Assembly: GCA_964526305.1 (NCBI GenBank)
Contig: CAZGKV010000003.1
Coordinates: 3,451 to 67,450 of the forward strand
Reading direction: 5' to 3'
Origin: an uncultured Planctomycetales bacterium
Lineage (GTDB): Bacteria; Planctomycetota; MHYJ01; JACPRB01
Length of the DNA stretch: 64,000 bases
Position 1 is the first letter of the stretch. Each line of letters begins with the position of its first letter. The notes under the pieces are model-generated. The model was not told the origin of the DNA. It ran no database searches and saw only the letters and a program-made list of their open reading frames with translations. Shown piece by piece: positions 46,689-53,725 of the stretch. Both the position numbers and the translations under genes were made by a program.

Positions 46689-49528
46689 AACGCTGGACGC
46701 TTCTCTTCTGGCTGGTCCTCGCGGTCCCCGCGACCGCGCAGGACATCGAGAATCCGGAGTACCTGCGCCGAGCCGCGTGGGGATTGGCGAAGCAGAACCG
46801 GGCCAAGTCGCTCTACCTCTTCCTCGAGAACCAGTTCCCGACCTTTACGGGACTCGCGGAGGCGGCCGGACTTCCCGAGGCGCTGGACGGCGGGCTCTCG
46901 CTTCCGTCGTTCCGGAAGAGCTTCCACCAGAAGTTGAAGTCCTATAAGCCTTCCTCCGACCAACCCTCGGCCAAGGCGATGAAGGCGCTCTTCGACGCGC
47001 TCCACGGAGTCCTGACCGTCTTCCCGCTCCAGCCCCCGGCGCCCGGGGAGTCCGTCCGAGCGCTCGTACAGAACCGCGGCCCCCCGGAGGCGCTCCTCGA
47101 AAAGTTCTACAACGTCAGCGAGACCTATCTTGCGGGCTGGGACAAGCTCAAGACGATCTCGGTCAAGTCCGTTCCGGGAGAACTCGTGTGGTTCAACCCC
47201 GATCTCGCGATCCCCGAACTCGGGATCAAACCCGGCGTTCCTCTCACGGACGCGCAAAAGGCCCTCGTCCTGAAGTTCTTCTCGGTGCGGGTCACGAACG
47301 ACGCCGCCGCGAAGATCGGCGAAGCCTCCTATCCCTCCGATGTCGGACGCGCGGTGAACCCCCGCTCGGGCGTGCTCACGATCGTCGACGGCAACGACGG
47401 CAAGCTTCTCCCCGACCTCACCCTCAAGGGCACCGGAAGCAATTCGGATCCGGCCTCGACCTCCGAATGGTCGGGCAAGCTCGACGTCGGGGAAGCGATC
47501 TTCGACTCCGAGGTCTCTCTCTCCTTGATGCGAGAAGGGGTTCGAATCTACACGCCCGTGGCCGTCATCGCGGATCCGGCGAACCCCGCCAAGGGAGTCT
47601 CCGTCCGGGCCTCGATGACCTTCCTTCGCCATAGCCACATCTTGACGAACGGCTGGGGAAGCGTCACGCCGGAGGATGCGAAATTCCTCATCGAGAAGAT
47701 CCGGCAGAACGCGACCCTCGCCGAGGGACAGGAATTCGATCTGCGGGAATGGGCGAAGGACGTTCTCCCGAGGCTCGCGGGCCGAAACGCAGGGCTGATG
47801 TCGGGCCTCGGAGTCCGGCACGGCTCGGCGACCGACAGCAACATCGGCGTAGGCGAGCAAGTGGACTTCGGCGAGCCTTCCCTGGGAAACAAGCCATCGG
47901 AATCGCAAAAGGACTGGCACTGGAAGGCGCTCGAAAACATCACGAACGCGGCGAATCTCTCTCTTCCGGAAGGACAGAAGATCGACCTCGCCGCCTCCAA
48001 GGTCCTCTTCGAGGCCGAATTCTCCTCCTCGGTCGCTCGGGTCATCGACGAGGGGCTGCGACTCCGCGTCGGCGCCGAAAACCTCTCCCTCATGGACGAG
48101 TCCCACCGGAAGCGGTTGTACGAGGGGTACCTCGAGTCGCTCCGAGACTTGTCCGAGGCTCAGCTGCGGCAGGAAGTGGTCCGGCTGGGGCTCGAGAAGG
48201 TCGCCGTCGCCAAGACCCTCACGGCGGATCAGGCGCGTACGAAGATCCGGGACGCCTTCCGGAACGCGGACGTCTCGAAGCTCGAGCCCCTGCTCCGGCT
48301 TCTCGGGGTCGCGGAGTTCCGCGCCCGCGAGCTGGCCCTTCGGGGCGAGCCCCTCGCCAAGCTCCGCACGATGGCGCGGGATCGCGGGATCCGGAGTCCG
48401 GAAGGGCTCAACCGTTCTCAGCTCGCGCGGGAGATCGCCCTCTGGGGAGGAGCGGTTTCGCGACCGCGTTCGAACGAGCCGGAGCTCACGCGCCGGCTAC
48501 AGGGGGCCCTGAATTCCGCGATGCGGGCCGCCGACGGGATGGACCCCGCGCGGCGCGGCACGCGCGTCGAAGCGACGCTTCGCCGGCTCATGGCGGCGGA
48601 ACCCGGACTCTACTTCAACGTGAAGATCGCCGAACTCAACGGAAAGCGATTCGTATACGAGATCGGCGGACGGCGCGCGCTCCTCCCCGGAGGTCGCGTC
48701 ATCGCGGAGGCGGACGTTCTGAGACTGAAGCCCGGCCTGGCCCTGGAACTCGGGGCGGAGTTCGATTCCGCCAAGGTCGATCTCGCCTGGGAGATCAAGA
48801 GCTCGAGGCGGCCGATGCGTCCCTCGCAGGGAGAGCTCTATCGCTCCGTCTTCGGCCGCGCCCCGATCGAGATGCATCCGACGGAAGTTGCGGCCCGGCC
48901 GCGGGGCCGAAGTTCGGCTCGAGCGGCGATCGGTCAAGGAGCGGTCGGTCTCGGCATCTTTGCGGCCGGCTTCCTCGTGAAGGAAGCGGTTCAGGGGCTC
49001 GCCTCGGGCGACACCCAGCGGATCCGGAACGCGTTCCGTCACCTGAAGTCCCCCTGGTTCGCCGGGGGATTCGCGGTCTTTAGCGGCGTGGAATGGGCGG
49101 CGTCGAAGGCCTTGGGGGGGGCGAAAGGAGCGTGGGGCGCAGTCGGGCGCTTCGCGCTGCCCATCTACGCCGGCGTTTCGATTCTGCACCTCGTCCAGGG
49201 GAAGCGCGACCTCAAGTCGATCGCGACGGAGGCGACCTCCTTCGCCGTCTCCGCCCTGGCGATGCAGCCGGTGATGCACGCCATCCGCGGCGCGCTCTAT
49301 CCGGCCCTGGCCGCGGCCCCGCCGTGGGGCTGGGTCGGCATCGGTGCGATCGAGATCGCCAACGCCGCCGTGATGCTCTTCGGCGCGGAGAAGATCTCTC
49401 CGTATGTCGATCAGGCGCTCACGGCGACATGGAACGGAGCGAAAGCCGGTACCGCCTGGGTCAAGAAGGGCGCGACCGCTGTGGGACATAGGGTGATGGC
49501 CTCGGTTTCAAGACTCAAGTTTTGGTGA
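46685..49528 (+). CDS. large secreted protein, paralog B (shared C-terminal module; HExxH position degenerated to GAEFD; contains Rho-N-like helix-hairpin segment)
   Basis: Start taken at ATG 46685 (signal peptide MKRWTLLFWLVLAVPATAQD); the ORF track begins at 46334 inside the previous gene. C-terminal ...GQGAVGLGIFAAGFLVKEAVQG...PPWGWVGIGAIEIANAAVML...VSRLKFW. Where A and C have HEATH, B has ...LALELGAEFDSA... Confidence 0.8.
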   Translation: MKRWTLLFWLVLAVPATAQDIENPEYLRRAAWGLAKQNRAKSLYLFLENQFPTFTGLAEAAGLPEALDGGLSLPSFRKSFHQKLKSYKPSSDQPSAKAMKALFDALHGVLTVFPLQPPAPGESVRALVQNRGPPEALLEKFYNVSETYLAGWDKLKTISVKSVPGELVWFNPDLAIPELGIKPGVPLTDAQKALVLKFFSVRVTNDAAAKIGEASYPSDVGRAVNPRSGVLTIVDGNDGKLLPDLTLKGTGSNSDPASTSEWSGKLDVGEAIFDSEVSLSLMREGVRIYTPVAVIADPANPAKGVSVRASMTFLRHSHILTNGWGSVTPEDAKFLIEKIRQNATLAEGQEFDLREWAKDVLPRLAGRNAGLMSGLGVRHGSATDSNIGVGEQVDFGEPSLGNKPSESQKDWHWKALENITNAANLSLPEGQKIDLAASKVLFEAEFSSSVARVIDEGLRLRVGAENLSLMDESHRKRLYEGYLESLRDLSEAQLRQEVVRLGLEKVAVAKTLTADQARTKIRDAFRNADVSKLEPLLRLLGVAEFRARELALRGEPLAKLRTMARDRGIRSPEGLNRSQLAREIALWGGAVSRPRSNEPELTRRLQGALNSAMRAADGMDPARRGTRVEATLRRLMAAEPGLYFNVKIAELNGKRFVYEIGGRRALLPGGRVIAEADVLRLKPGLALELGAEFDSAKVDLAWEIKSSRRPMRPSQGELYRSVFGRAPIEMHPTEVAARPRGRSSARAAIGQGAVGLGIFAAGFLVKEAVQGLASGDTQRIRNAFRHLKSPWFAGGFAVFSGVEWAASKALGGAKGAWGAVGRFALPIYAGVSILHLVQGKRDLKSIATEATSFAVSALAMQPVMHAIRGALYPALAAAPPWGWVGIGAIEIANAAVMLFGAEKISPYVDQALTATWNGAKAGTAWVKKGATAVGHRVMASVSRLKFW

Positions 49529-49532
49529 TGCG

Positions 49533-52055
49533 ATGATGCTGAAGCTGCTCTTGGCGTTTCTGATCTCCACGGACCATCCGATCCTCTCGGACGCCCATCT
49601 GGAGGCGCTGATCCAGAACTACGGTCAGTCGATCCCGATCAAGACCGCCGAGGGATTGGGCGAGGCGCTCTACTGGGCGAACCTCGTCCAGAAGGACGCG
49701 ACGACCGTCGAGGTCACCGACAAGCTGATTCGGGACGTCGTGGCCGTCCGCCGATTTCACCAGCGCGCGCGCTACAACGTCGGCGACCGGCTGATCGTGC
49801 GCGCTTCGGAAGGGGGACTGTCCCCGCGCGCGGAGATCGCGACGGTGAATCCGGACGGGACGTACGACGTCATCGTGTGGGATAAGCTGAAGTCGTTCCT
49901 CCTTCCCAATACCAGCGCCGACGCCACCCGGGCGATGATCGACGAGGCGACGGGCGAGCTGGCCAAGCCGGGGAAGACGCAGGTCGAGGTCACCGACCCG
50001 GTAACCGGCGTGAAAAAGAAGGTTTGGATGGAGCGGCCGTGGCTGGAGCGTCCGAATCTTCGAACGGTCAAGATGACCCATACGGAGATCGCGGCGCTCA
50101 ACGGGCCGCCCAACATCGCGTTCCGCCAGCGGTACAACGTCTATGGCTACATCGTGGACGCCTTCACCCCCGGCTACGATCCGGTGCTCGAAAAGCGCCT
50201 CGCCAAGGCGGTGAAGGTCCTCGACCAGATGGTAGCGAAGGGCGAGCTCGACCTTCGCTGGCCGGAGAATCCCGCCGAGCAGCCGAAGTTCATGGAAAAG
50301 CTCCTCCGGGCCCAGCGGAAGCTCATCCGCACCGTGTGGTCCCAGAACGAGATGTCCTACCTCCGCGGGGACGAGGCCAGCAAGCGCTGGAACGAGGCGA
50401 TGTCCGATCCGACGCTCAAGGAGGGGTACTCGCACAAAGTCGGAGCTCAGCTCAAGGCGCGCGTCGGGGTTTGCAGCGATCAGACCGCCGGCATTACGTC
50501 GGTGCTTCGGGAAATCGGCCGTCGAGCGGGCTTCGAGATCCGTCCCGTGAGCGGCCGCACGCTCGACGGGGGAGGCCACGCCTTCGCCGTAATCCGGCTG
50601 GCGGACGGCAAGCTGCATCTGATCGATCCGTCCTGGCATTCGGTCTCGAGCCACACGAAGAACATCGCGTTGGAGTCGATCGATTTCGCGACCTTCGACA
50701 AGCGTTGGTGGTCCAACCGAGACCTCGGCTCCTTCGTCGAGACGTCGGTGGAGACGCCGCGGAAGGCCGGTCGCGGATTTACCGACACGCAAGATGCGCT
50801 CTTCCGCGCCACGGCCAAGAAGGGCCTGGGCGACGTCGCGGCTCGCCCGATCGAGCGGACGTGGATGGAAGAGATGCTGGAGCGGTACGAGGTCTACGAG
50901 CCCGCGGAGCCGAATGCGGTCCGCTGGCGCCGAGTGCCGGAATACGCCGTCTGGGCCGAGCCGATCACGGATTCGAAGATCGGCGAAGCGGTGGACATCA
51001 TGCGGGAACATGGCGCCGGCAAGTTGGCCGATCTGATCCTCCGCGGGGACATTCGGGTGTACTGGGTCGAGCCGCGAAGCCTGGGTTCGGCGGGGGCGAT
51101 CACCGACGGCCGGTTCATCTACGTGACTCGCGGGGCGACGGGCAAGAAGCTCGCCCTCGAGCTCGTCCACGAGGCGACGCATGCCGAAGGATTCCTCCGT
51201 ACGGGCCGTCCGGCGTCCGAGGTACAGGCCTTCCGCGCCGAGGCGGCGTTCGCCCAACGGGCCGGCGTGAAGTCCGTGTTCCGTCACGACAAGATTTCCC
51301 GGATGAGCGACGCCGAACTGGCGCGGGAGATCGAGCGGCGCTGGCCCGATCTGTACACGTCGGCCCGCGAGGGAGTTCCCGCCCGCGGTCACCGGGCTCG
51401 CATCGCAAGCGCCGCGAAGACCGTCGGTCGCGGGGCCATGGGCGCCGGGATCTTCGCCGCAGGGTTCCTCGTCAAGGAGACGATCCAGGGGATCTGGCAC
51501 GGAGACTGGGGCCGCATCAAGAGCGCGGTCCATGAGCTCAAGAGCCCGTGGTTCCTGGGCGGTTTCGCCGTCTTCAGCGGAGTGGAGTACGCCTCGGCGA
51601 AGATGCTCTCCGGAACCAAGGGGATGTGGGGCTCCGTCGGTCGCTTCGCCCTGCCGCTCTATGCGGGCGTCGCCCTCCTCCAGCTCGCCCAAGGCAAGCG
51701 CGACCTGAAGTCGATCGCGACGGAAGCGACGTCCTTCGCCGCTTCCGCCCTCGCGATGATGCCCGTGATGAACGCGATCCGGGGATCGCTCTATCCGGCC
51801 TTGGCCGCGGCTCCGCCGTGGGGCTGGGTCGGCATCGGCGCGATCGAAATCGCCAACGCGGCCGTGATGCTGTGGGGCGCCGAGAAAATGGCCCCCTACG
51901 TCGATAAGGCGATCACCGCGACCGTGAGCGCGACCAAGAAGGCCGCCTCGTGGGTCGCCGAAAAGGCTACGGGAGTCTGGCACGACACCGTGAGCGGATT
52001 CAACTCGGTGCGTCGCGGCGCGGTTTCGATGGCGCGGCGCCTCAAGTTCTGGTAA
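49533..52055 (+). CDS. large protein, paralog C (transglutaminase-like Cys/His/Asp module, HExxH motif, shared C-terminal module)
   Basis: Starts 5 nt after the stop of paralog B. GVCSDQTAGITSVLREIGRRAGFEIRPVSG...GGGHAFAVIRLADGKLHLIDPSW fits the transglutaminase-core/papain-like C...H...D signature. LELVHEATHAEGF. C-terminal ...GRGAMGAGIFAAGFLVKETIQG...PPWGWVGIGAIEIANAAVML...ARRLKFW. Confidence 0.8.
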   Translation: MMLKLLLAFLISTDHPILSDAHLEALIQNYGQSIPIKTAEGLGEALYWANLVQKDATTVEVTDKLIRDVVAVRRFHQRARYNVGDRLIVRASEGGLSPRAEIATVNPDGTYDVIVWDKLKSFLLPNTSADATRAMIDEATGELAKPGKTQVEVTDPVTGVKKKVWMERPWLERPNLRTVKMTHTEIAALNGPPNIAFRQRYNVYGYIVDAFTPGYDPVLEKRLAKAVKVLDQMVAKGELDLRWPENPAEQPKFMEKLLRAQRKLIRTVWSQNEMSYLRGDEASKRWNEAMSDPTLKEGYSHKVGAQLKARVGVCSDQTAGITSVLREIGRRAGFEIRPVSGRTLDGGGHAFAVIRLADGKLHLIDPSWHSVSSHTKNIALESIDFATFDKRWWSNRDLGSFVETSVETPRKAGRGFTDTQDALFRATAKKGLGDVAARPIERTWMEEMLERYEVYEPAEPNAVRWRRVPEYAVWAEPITDSKIGEAVDIMREHGAGKLADLILRGDIRVYWVEPRSLGSAGAITDGRFIYVTRGATGKKLALELVHEATHAEGFLRTGRPASEVQAFRAEAAFAQRAGVKSVFRHDKISRMSDAELAREIERRWPDLYTSAREGVPARGHRARIASAAKTVGRGAMGAGIFAAGFLVKETIQGIWHGDWGRIKSAVHELKSPWFLGGFAVFSGVEYASAKMLSGTKGMWGSVGRFALPLYAGVALLQLAQGKRDLKSIATEATSFAASALAMMPVMNAIRGSLYPALAAAPPWGWVGIGAIEIANAAVMLWGAEKMAPYVDKAITATVSATKKAASWVAEKATGVWHDTVSGFNSVRRGAVSMARRLKFW

Positions 52056-52110
52056 CGCAGATCCGATCCCTCAATCCGAGGCGGGGCCTGCTTGTGCGGG
52101 CCCCGCTCCC

Positions 52111-53589
52111 TTATTCGGGGCCGACGATCCCGTACTTCTCCATGCGCCGGCCGAAGGCTTTGCGGTCCAGGTTGAGGGAGCGCGCGGCCTTGGAGACGTT
52201 GCCTCCGGCCGCCGCGAGCGCATCTTGGATGCGCTTCCGCTCGAGCCCCTCGACCTCGCCGGGGAGACCGGCCTCCGGAACGTCGCGCCGGAGGACCCGG
52301 GGAGAGATCGCGTCGACGGAGAGGACGTCTCCGCAGAGAAGCGCCGCGCGCTTGAGTTCGTTCACCAGCTCGCGTACGTTCCCCGGCCACGGATAGGCCG
52401 CCAGCGTTCGCAAGGCCGCCTCCTCCACTCGAGGGGGTTTGCGACCGATGCTTTGGCACACCCTCCCGAGATGGTGTTCCACGAGTCGCGGCAGGTCCTC
52501 GAGGCGCCGGCGGAGCGGCGGCAGCTCGAGATGGATGACGTTCAGGCGGTGGAAGAGATCTTCGCGGAACTCTCCCTCGCGAATCATCGATTCCAGATCC
52601 TGATTCGTCGCGCTCACGATCCGGACGTCGACGCGGATGGGTCCGCGCCCGCCGACGGGGCGGATCTGTTGGTCCTCCAGGACCCGCAGGAGCTTGGCCT
52701 GCATCCCCGCGCTCATGTTCTCGACCTCGTCGAGAAAGAGCGTGCCGCCGTCCGTGATCTCGAAGAGCCCCTTCTTGTCCCCCGCCGCGCCGGTGAAGGC
52801 GCCTTTGACGTGGCCGAAGAGCTCGGATTCGAGGAGCGTCTCGTTGAACTCCGCGCAATTGACCGCGAGGAATGGGCCGTCGCGGCGCGGGCTGTGGAGA
52901 TGGATTTCCCGCGCGGTGAGTTCCTTCCCCGAACCGGTCTCTCCCTGGATCAGGACGGGGAAGTCGACCTGAGCGACGCGTTCGATCATCGCAAAGACCT
53001 GGCGCATCGCGGGCGAGGCGCCGACCATCGAGCCCATGCCGTGTTCGATTTCGCGGCGGGTTTCCCGGAGCTGTTCCGAGAGCGCGGCGACGCGGTTCTT
53101 GAGCTCCCATCTCTCGACGGCCGCGGCGAAGGGGGTGCGAGCGCGGGTGGCGAAGGCGACGCAGAGATCGAGGTCTTCGGAGAAAAAGCGCGCCCGATCC
53201 GCGGAGACGTCGAGGTAGATCACTCCCGCGGGGCCGGGGATCGGAACGCACAGAAGCGACTTGGCGTCCATGGACTGGATGCTCTGCCGATCGCGGAGAA
53301 GGGCCTCCTCGTGCGTGTCCGCGATGAGAGCCGGGCGGCCCGATTCCAAGACCTGCTCGACCACGCCGAAACTGATGCGGAGGGTCTCCCCCGCCAGGAG
53401 CGCCGGATCGATGGAGCGCGAGGCCACGAAGCGAGGGGCCCGGGCGGGATCGACGAGGATCATGAAGCCCCGTTCGGCCCGGACGGCGCTCACCAATTCC
53501 CCCAGAGCGGCGTCGAGCATCCGTTCCGGTTCGGGCCCCGCCTCGAGCATTCGGTCCAGGACTCCGAGGAGTCGGTCGCGAAGCTCCAT
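52111..53589 (-). CDS. sigma-54-dependent transcriptional activator (bEBP) with N-terminal GAF-like sensor, AAA+ sigma-54-interaction domain and C-terminal Fis-type HTH
   Basis: Start chosen at MELRDRLL (ATG 53589); the ORF track extends further, to 53766. Walker A GETGSGKE; GAFTGA sigma-54 contact motif; ESELFGH; arginine-finger region; C-terminal ...GNVSKAARSLNLDRKAFGRRMEKYGI. Confidence 0.8.
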   Translation of the reverse strand: MELRDRLLGVLDRMLEAGPEPERMLDAALGELVSAVRAERGFMILVDPARAPRFVASRSIDPALLAGETLRISFGVVEQVLESGRPALIADTHEEALLRDRQSIQSMDAKSLLCVPIPGPAGVIYLDVSADRARFFSEDLDLCVAFATRARTPFAAAVERWELKNRVAALSEQLRETRREIEHGMGSMVGASPAMRQVFAMIERVAQVDFPVLIQGETGSGKELTAREIHLHSPRRDGPFLAVNCAEFNETLLESELFGHVKGAFTGAAGDKKGLFEITDGGTLFLDEVENMSAGMQAKLLRVLEDQQIRPVGGRGPIRVDVRIVSATNQDLESMIREGEFREDLFHRLNVIHLELPPLRRRLEDLPRLVEHHLGRVCQSIGRKPPRVEEAALRTLAAYPWPGNVRELVNELKRAALLCGDVLSVDAISPRVLRRDVPEAGLPGEVEGLERKRIQDALAAAGGNVSKAARSLNLDRKAFGRRMEKYGIVGPE

Positions 53590-53725
53590 GGGGGTCGGAT
53601 CATAGCACCGGCCTCCGAGCCGCGCCACCCATAGAAGGCCCATATGGGGACCCATACGTCCGTACACTTTTGCATTGACACGGCCCGCGACGTTGGCACA
53701 ATAGCCTCCCCTCGGAGGGAATCGG

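Noticed and set aside
53590-53725. TTGGCACAATAGCCTCC as a sigma-54 promoter for the 53726 kinase
   Set aside because: A GC dinucleotide is present, but its spacing from the GG is 3 nt short of the -24/-12 geometry. A sigma-70-like TTGACA-N17-ACAATA match in the same region is more plausible.
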